Positions 25,942-32,673 of a DNA stretch of 34,851 nucleotides are shown here, one piece after another. A model generated the notes under the pieces. The model made no database searches and was not told where the DNA came from. It saw nothing but the letters and a program-made list of their open reading frames with translations. The first letter of the stretch is position 1. Every line of letters starts with the position of its first letter. A program made the translations under genes and the position numbers. This stretch comes from Eubacteriales bacterium (GTDB taxonomy: Bacteria > Bacillota > Clostridia > Oscillospirales > CAG-272): contig JAZLHQ010000199.1 in NCBI GenBank assembly GCA_045616925.1, positions 1 through 34,851 of the forward strand. The letters run 5' to 3'.

Positions 25942-27105
25942 ATGAGAAAATCGATTTTTTTGAAAATCACGGCAGGGATTTTGCTTCTGATCGTCCTTTT
26001 AAGTGCGGTTTCCTGCCGTAAGAAGGAACAAAATACGGGCAAGGTCTATTCGATCACAAACGGCAATCCCGATATGACTTTGACGCTTGACGGCGAAAAC
26101 GCGAAGATCACGACTGTCGTCACGACCTCCCTCGGCGATGAAACGATGGAGGCGCTCGGTCTTGCCGACGCGCTCCGCGATACTGTCGTCAAGGAAGTCC
26201 ATACGACGATCCTTGAGGGAACGTTCAAAACGCTCGATAACGGCGGCGTCAGCGGCGTAAGCGTTCGCTGCGCGCATACGCTGCTCGGTCTTGCCTATAC
26301 GGGCGACGGCGCCGAAGACGTTCTCAGAATCGAGATCGAGCGCCATCAAAGTCTCGCCGCAGAGGCGCGCACCGCCGGCGATCCGGACGGCACGGCAAGC
26401 CAGTACGACGCTTACGTCGAAATGCTTGAGAGCGGCGAGCTTATCGAGGCGACGCGCCTCGGCTACGGGCAGTACGACATGGGATACGTCTTTTCGCTCG
26501 ACGAGTCCGAAATGACGGCAACGCTCAAAAAGCAATCCAACTACGATGAAAACGGCGTCGTTTTAGACGAATGCACCTTCTCCGAGGACGGTTCCGTCGT
26601 TTCGGAAAACAAATACGCAAACGGCGTTCTCGTCGAGGCGGACGAATTCTTTGCAAGCGGACGGCTCAGCCACAAGATCGTTTATCAGGCGCCGAACGTG
26701 CCCGATTACGAGCGTTTTTACAACGAAAACGGCGAGATCGTGCACAACGCTCTTTACGACCAAAACGGCAAACTGATCCGCGAGGATTATTACGACGGGC
26801 AGGGGTGCTATCACGGCGTTGACTACTACGAAAACGGGCAGACGCGCGCCGAAGAGCTTTACGACGCAAACGGCGTTTTCTCGGTCTTCCGCGAATTTAC
26901 CGAAAACGGCGATCTGACGTACGAAGAAAAGCCCGTCGGCGACGGCACTTTCGAAGGATTTTTCTTTGAAAACGGCGTCAAAACGGGGAAAAAGATCCTG
27001 AACGGGCAGGGAAAAATCATTTACGAGGCGACTTTTGACGCCTCGGGCAATATCGTCACCGAGCAGAAATACGACGAAAACGGCGAGCCCATCCCCGCCG
27101 TATAA
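25942..27105 (+). CDS. Repeat lipoprotein paralog E (divergent, shorter)
   Basis: 387 aa. It has lipobox AVSC and an N-domain beginning GKVYSITNGNPDMTLTLDGENAKI. The repeats include NYDENGVVLDECTFSEDGSVVSENKYANGVLVE. AAGAGGAG lies upstream and there is a 24-nt gap after D, so it is probably co-transcribed with D. Confidence 0.85.
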   Translation: MRKSIFLKITAGILLLIVLLSAVSCRKKEQNTGKVYSITNGNPDMTLTLDGENAKITTVVTTSLGDETMEALGLADALRDTVVKEVHTTILEGTFKTLDNGGVSGVSVRCAHTLLGLAYTGDGAEDVLRIEIERHQSLAAEARTAGDPDGTASQYDAYVEMLESGELIEATRLGYGQYDMGYVFSLDESEMTATLKKQSNYDENGVVLDECTFSEDGSVVSENKYANGVLVEADEFFASGRLSHKIVYQAPNVPDYERFYNENGEIVHNALYDQNGKLIREDYYDGQGCYHGVDYYENGQTRAEELYDANGVFSVFREFTENGDLTYEEKPVGDGTFEGFFFENGVKTGKKILNGQGKIIYEATFDASGNIVTEQKYDENGEPIPAV

Positions 27106-27111
27106 AACAAA

Positions 27112-27141
27112 CGAAAAAACGCCCGCAAGGGCGTTTTTTCG
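27112..27141. terminator. Bidirectional rho-independent terminator between paralog E and the convergent GH29 gene
   Basis: cgaaaaaacgccc-gcaa-gggcgttttttcg, a perfect 13-bp stem with A/T runs on both sides. Confidence 0.88.
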
Positions 27142-27158
27142 TGGGTGTGTTCGTGCCG

Positions 27159-28415
27159 TCAGATCTTCTGCGCGCGGGCGGCGCCGTCGAGTCTGACGGC
27201 AACGATCGCCTCGCACGGCGCGGGCGCGTTCTCCGGGAGAAAAACGTAAAGCCTGTGCTCGTCGCGCGCCGGCTCGTAGGACTGCGAATATTTCAGATCC
27301 TCGCCCGTCGGAAGGAATCTGACGGACAAAACCTTCGTTTCAAGTCCCGTCAGCAAAATCCTGCCGGGGAATCCCGGGTAGTGCGTCACGTGCAGATAGA
27401 GCGTCTGGCGCTCTTTCGAATAAGTCACCTCGCCGAACGGAAGAAGATAGGGAAAATTCGGGATGTTCGTCGTGCCGAAAATGCTCTCGCCGAAGCGATC
27501 GAGCCATTTTCCGACGTTTTCAAGCACCTCGGCGGATTGCTCGGGGATCTCGCCGTGCTGATCGGGGCCGACGTTGAGAAGAAGATTCCCGCCCTTGCCG
27601 TTGATGCGCGCAAGCGTCGAGATCACTGTTTCGGGGGATTTGAAATCAAAGTCGAAAGAGCTGTAGCCCCACGAGGAATTGAGCGTCATGGGCACTTCCC
27701 ACGGCTCGCTGCTTGAAAGAAGAGGGATCGCGTTGTCCGCCGCCTGCCGGTAGTCGCCGAGGCGGTAGCCGATGCGCCCGTTGATGAGGCAGTCCGGCTG
27801 AAGACGGTGAACGAGCTCGGCAAGCTCGCGGCACAGCCCGATCGGCATATCGTAGGGCGTGTCGAACCAGATCATGTGGATCTTGCCGTAGTTCGTGAGC
27901 AATTCCGTCACCTGCGGAACGACTTTGCCGTAAAAATATTTTTCAAAATGCTTTTCTTTCGGGTCAAAATCCCACGTGTTGCCGTTTCCGTCGGGATCCT
28001 CCCAGTCCTGCATCTGCGAATAGTAGACGCAGAAGGGAAGGTCTTCGGCGTGCGCGGCGTCCGCGAATTCCTTGATGATATCGCGCCCGTAGGGCGTTTT
28101 CATCACCGTATAGTCCGAGACGGCGGAATCGAACATCGCAAAGCCGTCGTGGTGCTTCGACGTCACGCAGAGGTATTTCATTCCCCATTTTTTTGCGTTT
28201 CTGACGTAATAATAGGGATCGAAGCGGTCGGGATTGAATTTTTCCGCGAGTTTTTTATATTCGGAAAGCGGGATTTTCGCGTTTTTCATGATCCATTCGG
28301 TGCCGAAAGGGATCTTTTGGCCCTCCCAGACGCCGCCAGGGATCGCGTAGAGCCCCCAGTGGATGAACATACCGTATTTCGCTTCACGAAACCATTTGAG
28401 GCGGTCGTTTTCCAT
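27159..28415 (-). CDS. Alpha-L-fucosidase, GH29, no signal peptide
   Basis: Start set at the ATG at 28413-28415, which overlaps the upstream stop (TAATG) and has GGAG 7 nt upstream. It has WFREAKYGMFIHWGLYA and KHHDGFAMFDS, the GH29 signatures. 418 aa. Confidence 0.9.
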   Translation of the reverse strand: MENDRLKWFREAKYGMFIHWGLYAIPGGVWEGQKIPFGTEWIMKNAKIPLSEYKKLAEKFNPDRFDPYYYVRNAKKWGMKYLCVTSKHHDGFAMFDSAVSDYTVMKTPYGRDIIKEFADAAHAEDLPFCVYYSQMQDWEDPDGNGNTWDFDPKEKHFEKYFYGKVVPQVTELLTNYGKIHMIWFDTPYDMPIGLCRELAELVHRLQPDCLINGRIGYRLGDYRQAADNAIPLLSSSEPWEVPMTLNSSWGYSSFDFDFKSPETVISTLARINGKGGNLLLNVGPDQHGEIPEQSAEVLENVGKWLDRFGESIFGTTNIPNFPYLLPFGEVTYSKERQTLYLHVTHYPGFPGRILLTGLETKVLSVRFLPTGEDLKYSQSYEPARDEHRLYVFLPENAPAPCEAIVAVRLDGAARAQKI

Positions 28416-29458
28416 TATTCGCTCCACTTCTTTTTGAGAGAATTCAAATATACGTTCCAGTCAAAGCGGCTGAAATAGTGCGTGCCCGCGCGCTTGTGAT
28501 AGCAGATATTGCCGTCGTCGAAGTTGTCGCCGATCACGGGCAGACGGTCGGGATGCACAAATCCGTTCTCTCCCCATTTTACGGACGCCGCGCAGAGGGA
28601 CAGGTACTGCGAATTCGGATCCGCCCACGCGTCTTCTTCGGCAGCTCCCGTCAGAACGAGGCGCGGCGCGATCAGGGAAATCAGCCAGTGCTGGTCGAAA
28701 GCGGGGAGATTTTCCGCGAATTTCGCGTAATTTTCGCAGAACCAGTAGGGAAATCTGCGGATGATGTCGGAAATCTGCTCGCCCGTGTTTCCGCGCGCGA
28801 CGGCGTCGCCGGAGCAGCCCGCGCAGGAGGAAATCACGGCTGCGAAGCGCCCGTCGACGGCGCCCGTCAGGAGCGCCGTTTTGCCGAGGCGCGAGTGCCC
28901 CGCGACCGCGACCTTGTCGGGGTCGATCTCGGGGCGCGAGAAGACGAAATCGAGGACGCGGCGGTTCGCCCACGCCCACATCTGGAGTTTACCCGGGGCT
29001 GACGGAGATCTTTTGCCGTTTTCGAAGAGGATCCCGGCAAGTCCGTTCGTGAAATCGCCGTCGTCGGAGGTAACGTCCTCGTAGCAGAGGTGGAAGAGCG
29101 CAAAGCCGAGGTCGACGATCTCCTCGGCGGGGGTATAGCGCGTCGGGACGTCGCGTGTGAAATCGTTATGGATGACGGCGGGGAATTTCCGATCGCCCTT
29201 CGGGATGATCGCCTCGAAGGGGAAGGAGAATTCCTTGCCGCAAATGACGGTATGCGCCGTGACCTCGTAGAGGATCGCCTTGCCGGCGGCGAAATTCTTG
29301 CCGTTCTTTTTGCGGATATTTGCCTCGAACTCGCATTTTTCGGGCTCGGGGACGGGATAGCCGTATTCGTTTTCAAAGAGTGTCTGCAAAACCGTATCGC
29401 GAGTCGTTGGGAGCGCGGGGAGATCTCGTTTGTTGAGTTCGGATTCTATGAAGTTCAT
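28415..29458 (-). CDS. CE15-like glucuronoyl esterase / alpha-beta hydrolase, no signal peptide
   Basis: Start trimmed to MNFIESELNK (ATG at 29456-29458). The longer track ORF runs antisense through the DUF975 gene and across a promoter. Nucleophile context VAGHSRLGKTALL matches the GxSRxGK motif of bacterial CE15 enzymes. The C-terminal RAGTHYFSRFDW is a His context. 347 aa. Confidence 0.75.
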   Translation of the reverse strand: MNFIESELNKRDLPALPTTRDTVLQTLFENEYGYPVPEPEKCEFEANIRKKNGKNFAAGKAILYEVTAHTVICGKEFSFPFEAIIPKGDRKFPAVIHNDFTRDVPTRYTPAEEIVDLGFALFHLCYEDVTSDDGDFTNGLAGILFENGKRSPSAPGKLQMWAWANRRVLDFVFSRPEIDPDKVAVAGHSRLGKTALLTGAVDGRFAAVISSCAGCSGDAVARGNTGEQISDIIRRFPYWFCENYAKFAENLPAFDQHWLISLIAPRLVLTGAAEEDAWADPNSQYLSLCAASVKWGENGFVHPDRLPVIGDNFDDGNICYHKRAGTHYFSRFDWNVYLNSLKKKWSE

Positions 29459-29489
29459 TCTGTAATTCCTTTCAACGTTTCCTTCGTTC

Positions 29490-29518
29490 ATTATACACTG
29501 CGTTCGGGCGTTTGTCAA
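29490..29518 (-). promoter_or_regulatory. Candidate sigma-A promoter for the CE15-GH29 operon
   Basis: Reverse strand reads TTGACA (29518-29513), the 17-nt spacer aacgcccgaacgcagtg, then TATAAT (29495-29490). This leaves a roughly 25-nt leader with GAAAGGAA before the ATG at 29458. Confidence 0.6.
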
Positions 29519-29577
29519 GAGAGTGCGCGATTTGCGCGGAATCGCGCAAAAAAATCTTATCAAAAGCGTCAAACCCC

Positions 29578-29607
29578 TTGACAGACCGACCGAAAATGAT
29601 GTATAAT
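29578..29607 (+). promoter_or_regulatory. Candidate sigma-A promoter for the DUF975 gene
   Basis: TTGACA at 29578-29583, an 18-nt spacer, then TATAAT at 29602-29607. It is divergent from the CE15 promoter. Confidence 0.55.
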
Positions 29608-29638
29608 CAAATAAACCTATATGAAAAGGAGAAAAAAT

Positions 29639-30238
29639 ATGGTTGCAAGAAAAGAACTCCGCGCAAGAGCAAGACAGCAGCTCGGCGGCGGAATTTTCAA
29701 GACGAATTGGCTGGTTTTCGTACTCGTTGAGTTCGTCGTCGGAGCCGTTGCCGCGGCAGCGGCGGCGATCGGCGGCATCGGAACCTACATCGTGATGGGT
29801 CCGATCGCGTACGGTGTGGCGCGTATGTCCGTCAAACTGATCGCCAACAGCGAAAAGGTCGACTATCAGAGCGTGATCACCGGATTTTCCGATGATTTCC
29901 TGCAGGCTTTCCTGCTCGGACTGCTCACGGGCCTTTTTGAATTCCTCTGGAGCCTGCTCTTCGTCATTCCCGGAATCGTCAAGCACTATGCGTACTCGAT
30001 GGCTCCCTTCATTCAGCAGGACAGCGAAGACAAGAACTGGAAGAAGTGCCTCGACGAGAGCCGGAAGATGATGAAGGGCCACAAGATGCAGCTCTTCCTT
30101 CTCGAGCTCAGCTTCCTCGGTTGGATCATCCTCGGCGCTCTCTGCTTCGGTATCGGTACGCTGTTCGTTATTCCTTACATGGATATGGCGAAGGCGAACT
30201 TCTACGACGAGCTGAAGAAGAACCCCGTCGTCGAATAA
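29639..30238 (+). CDS. DUF975 family integral membrane protein
   Basis: Start trimmed to MVARKELRARARQQLGGGIFKTNWL with AAAGGAGAA 6 nt upstream. 199 aa with four hydrophobic segments. The N-terminal R/K-rich 'ELRARARQQLGG' opening is typical of DUF975. Confidence 0.7.
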   Translation: MVARKELRARARQQLGGGIFKTNWLVFVLVEFVVGAVAAAAAAIGGIGTYIVMGPIAYGVARMSVKLIANSEKVDYQSVITGFSDDFLQAFLLGLLTGLFEFLWSLLFVIPGIVKHYAYSMAPFIQQDSEDKNWKKCLDESRKMMKGHKMQLFLLELSFLGWIILGALCFGIGTLFVIPYMDMAKANFYDELKKNPVVE

Positions 30239-30252
30239 TTTTAGTTTGATGC

Positions 30253-30280
30253 AAAAAGCTCTCCGTGCGGAGAGCTTTTT
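30253..30280 (+). terminator. Rho-independent terminator after the DUF975 gene
   Basis: aaaaagctctcc-gtgc-ggagagcttttt, a perfect stem with a T run. Confidence 0.88.
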
Positions 30281-30294
30281 GCGTTTGGGGATAA

Positions 30295-30380
30295 CCGCGT
30301 TGTTCGCTCCGACGTCGTAGGGCGGGGGCAAGCCCCCGCCCTACGGAGCATGTGCGAACAACGAGAGTATTCCGTAGGGG
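30295..30380. repeat. Composite palindromic intergenic repeat, locus 3 (nested long hairpin form)
   Basis: cgttgttcgc (30298-30307) pairs with gcgaacaacg (30354-30363). Inside it, gtagggcggggg (30317-30328) - caag - cccccgccctac (30333-30344) forms a perfect 12-bp inner stem. A trailing ccgtagggg module follows. It shares the cgttgttcgc and gtagggcggggg modules with loci 1 and 2. Confidence 0.75.
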
Positions 30381-30382
30381 TC

Positions 30383-30430
30383 GGCGGCATCGGCGACCTG
30401 ATCGTGACCTCCACCAGCCGCCACAGCCGC
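30383..30430 (+). pseudogene. 48-nt relic of a gpsA-like gene (encodes GGIGDLIVTSTSRHSR)
   Basis: By manual alignment, 40 of 48 nt are identical to 5163-5210 inside the intact gpsA (AGIGDLIVTATSRHSR). There is no start codon or remaining gene body, and a stop follows 3 codons later. Confidence 0.6.
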
Positions 30431-30463
30431 TTAAAAGCTTGATAATTCAATACCGTCAGGGGC

Positions 30464-31285
30464 TTAATTGAAATCCGCTACCCAACGTGCGGCCAGCTCC
30501 ACCCAGTTCTGCAGATGCGGGTTGACGTAATTTTCCCGCCCGCACGCGGTACTCTCATCGCCAAGGGCGAGACCGTGAGGACCTTCCGGGTAGATGTGCA
30601 ATTCAAAGGGTACGCCCGCTTTCCGCATGGAGGATGCCATCATCAGGGAATTCTCCACGGGCACGCAGTTGTCGTTGAAGGTGTGCCAGATAAAGGCGGG
30701 GCAAGTATCGGCATCCACCTGCTTTTCAAGCGAGAATTGTTCAAGAAGGGCAGGGTCGGCGCCGAACTTCACGCCGGAAACGCGATCGGCGGAACCGCGA
30801 TGCGCAAATTCACCGGTTGTGATAACGGGGTAGCAGAGGATCATGCCGGTGGGGCGGGCGATCTCGTTTGCCACGTTCTCACCGAGAATGGCTCTCACGC
30901 AGGGGTGCTTCCACAAGGTGCCGATAGAGGCGGCGCAATGCCCGCCGGCAGAAAAGCCGCATACGAATACGTAATTTGGGTCTACGTTGAAGGCGGCGGC
31001 GTTTTCACGCACGTATTTTACCGCAAGCGCGGCCTCACAGAGCGGCGCGAAATCGGCGGCACCCTCCTCCAGTGTGTAATCGAAAATAAAGGCGGCGAAA
31101 CCCGCCGCGAGAAATTTGGCGGCAATGGGCTCTGCCTCACGGTCGGAAAGCATGTGATAACCGCCGCCGGGGAATACGATAACGGCACGGCGGGGCGTCT
31201 GACGCAATTCTTCGGTATTGGAGAGGCACATAGCGGTAAGGGTTGCGCCCTCAAAGGGGTGCAGAGTAACGGTGCTTGTAATCAT
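30464..31285 (-). CDS. Alpha/beta hydrolase, acetyl/feruloyl esterase-like (BD-FAE / fold-3 type)
   Basis: Start trimmed to MITSTVTLHPFEG with AAGGAG 10 nt upstream. It has an oxyanion FPGGGY, the nucleophile GFSAGGH, and late DNCVP and GPHGL motifs. 273 aa. Its codon choices (more GCC/ACC/CCC/CTG, fewer NCG) look different from the neighbours. Confidence 0.8.
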   Translation of the reverse strand: MITSTVTLHPFEGATLTAMCLSNTEELRQTPRRAVIVFPGGGYHMLSDREAEPIAAKFLAAGFAAFIFDYTLEEGAADFAPLCEAALAVKYVRENAAAFNVDPNYVFVCGFSAGGHCAASIGTLWKHPCVRAILGENVANEIARPTGMILCYPVITTGEFAHRGSADRVSGVKFGADPALLEQFSLEKQVDADTCPAFIWHTFNDNCVPVENSLMMASSMRKAGVPFELHIYPEGPHGLALGDESTACGRENYVNPHLQNWVELAARWVADFN

Positions 31286-31414
31286 AAAAGCGATCTCCTT
31301 TTCGTTGATAGAACCAGTGTAGCACAATTAAACATAAAATGCAACAACCGAGACAGCAAAATATCTCCTTTTTTGACTACGTAGAATATTTTTCAAAAAA
31401 AATGAAAAAAACAC

Positions 31415-31443
31415 TTGACAAACGCGGAAAAGTGTGATATATT
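31415..31443 (+). promoter_or_regulatory. Candidate sigma-A promoter of the rplJL operon
   Basis: An A-rich UP-like tract (tttcaaaaaaaatgaaaaaaa) is followed by TTGACA at 31415-31420, a 17-nt spacer and TGaTATATT (-10 at 31438-31443). Confidence 0.65.
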
Positions 31444-31446
31444 AGC

Positions 31447-31575
31447 AAGGTACAAGCCGCAGACAGCAGGTTGGATGTGCAAATATCCGGAAATCCTGCC
31501 GAGGTAAGAACGAATCTTCATAGTGATATGTTGTCGTGCTTTCCGGGACGTTTGCGTCCACGGGAAGTTTTTTTG
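31447..31575 (+). promoter_or_regulatory. Ribosomal protein L10 leader with an intrinsic attenuator
   Basis: The roughly 170-nt 5'UTR ahead of rplJ contains the hairpin ctttccgggacg-tttg-cgtcc(a)cgggaag followed by TTTTTTT (31539-31574), about 45 nt before the start codon. This is the arrangement described for the Firmicutes L10 leader (Rfam RF00557). Confidence 0.6.
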
Positions 31576-31619
31576 TTGCTTGTATAAGTCAAGGCAAATA
31601 TTTCAGGAGGTAAAAACAA

Positions 31620-32150
31620 ATGCCCAGCGCAAAGATTCTTGAAGAGAAAAAAGCACTCGTTGCGTCTCTTTCCGAAAAGATCAAGGGTTCCGTTTCCGGA
31701 GTCGTCGTCAATTACCAGGGTATCACGGTCGCGGATGACACCGCACTCCGTACCGCTCTTCGTAAAGCAGGCGTCGAATACAAGGTTTACAAGAACTCGA
31801 TCACCAAGAGAGCTTGCGAAGAAGCCGGTTACGGCGACCTCGCCGAAAAGTTCGTCGGTATGACCGCCATCGCGATCTCCGCTGACGACGCAGTCGCTCC
31901 CGCGAAGGTCCTGAAGGAATACGCAGACAAGATCGAGAGCTTTGAAATCAAGGGCGGCTACGTAGACGGCGGCGTCATCGACGCTTCCAAGGTAGAGGCT
32001 CTTGCAGCGATCCCCGCAAAGCCCGTTCTGATTGCAAAACTGATGGGAAGCATGAAGTCCCCGGTCGCAAAACTGGCTGTATGCCTGCAGGCGATCATCG
32101 ACAAACAGGGAGAGGCAGCTCCCGCAGCAGAAGCACCTGCTGCAGAATAA
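31620..32150 (+). CDS. rplJ: 50S ribosomal protein L10
   Basis: 176 aa, opening MPSAKILEEKKALVASLSEKIK...VVVNYQGITVADDTALR. AGGAGG lies upstream, and rplL follows. Confidence 0.95.
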   Translation: MPSAKILEEKKALVASLSEKIKGSVSGVVVNYQGITVADDTALRTALRKAGVEYKVYKNSITKRACEEAGYGDLAEKFVGMTAIAISADDAVAPAKVLKEYADKIESFEIKGGYVDGGVIDASKVEALAAIPAKPVLIAKLMGSMKSPVAKLAVCLQAIIDKQGEAAPAAEAPAAE

Positions 32151-32207
32151 TTCTGCCGAATACACCAATCTCAAAAAAATATTTGAAGTTAAATGGAGGA
32201 AATTATC

Positions 32208-32588
32208 ATGGCATCCGAGAAAGTTACCGCACTTTTTGAAGAAATCAAGGGTCTGACCATTCTTGAAATGGCTGATCTCGTTAAGGCACTGGAAGAGGAA
32301 TTCGGCGTTTCCGCAGTCGCAGCAGTCGGCGCAGCTCCCGCAGCAGCAGGCGCAGCAGCTCCCGCTGAAGAAGAGAAGACCGAGTTCGACGTCGTTCTGA
32401 AGGCATTCGGCGCGAAGAAGCTTGACGTTATCAAGGTCGTTCGTGAGATCACCGGTCTCGGTCTGAAGGACGCGAAGGATCTCGTTGAGGGCGCTCCCAA
32501 GAACATCAAGGAAGGCGTTTCCAAGGACGAAGCTGACAAGATCGCTGAACAGCTCAAGGCTGCAGGCGCAGAGGTCGAAGTTAAATAA
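32208..32588 (+). CDS. rplL: 50S ribosomal protein L7/L12
   Basis: Start trimmed to [34 protein letters not shown] with GGAGGA 7 nt upstream. It has an Ala/Pro hinge and the C-terminal domain [23 protein letters not shown]. 126 aa. Confidence 0.95.
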   Translation: MASEKVTALFEEIKGLTILEMADLVKALEEEFGVSAVAAVGAAPAAAGAAAPAEEEKTEFDVVLKAFGAKKLDVIKVVREITGLGLKDAKDLVEGAPKNIKEGVSKDEADKIAEQLKAAGAEVEVK

Positions 32589-32611
32589 TTTAACTCCTCT
32601 GTACAAACGAA

Positions 32612-32648
32612 ACGGTGCGGAACGCGTTCAGAGTTCCGCGCCGTTTTA
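32612..32648 (+). terminator. Rho-independent terminator after rplL
   Basis: acggtgcggaac-gcgttcaga-gttccgcgccgt (12-bp stem with one G-U pair) followed by TTTT. Confidence 0.8.
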
Positions 32649-32673
32649 TATTTTTCGAAACGGAGACGATATT

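Noticed and set aside
17781-27105. Interpreting the repeat lipoproteins as RHS/YD polymorphic toxins or as an array of toxin-immunity pairs.
   Set aside because: There is no C-terminal toxin domain, no RHS core-end motif (PxxxxDPxGL-like), no LXG/WXG or secretion-system genes, and no small immunity ORFs between the genes. The proteins end within the repeats. The similarity to YwqK-type (COG2849) proteins is at the repeat level only.
17781-27105. The periodic short DNA repeats in this region as a possible CRISPR array, or as the variable/template repeats of a diversity-generating retroelement.
   Set aside because: The periodicity is codon-level and lies inside long ORFs. There is no constant repeat with unique spacers, no cas genes, no reverse transcriptase and no template/variable repeat pair with adenine-specific differences.
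29459-30331. The upstream 290 codons of the 638-aa minus-strand ORF 28415-30331.
   Set aside because: They run antisense through the DUF975 gene, its terminator and both divergent promoters. The esterase homology starts at MNFIESELN (29458), downstream of a consensus promoter whose -10 box contains the alternative ATG at 29491.
32485-32673. An N-terminal extension of the DUF3737 ORF that overlaps rplL.
   Set aside because: It overlaps the rplL coding sequence and its terminator in another frame. The family-typical start MSEIKREYF at 32674 has a GGAG-type RBS.
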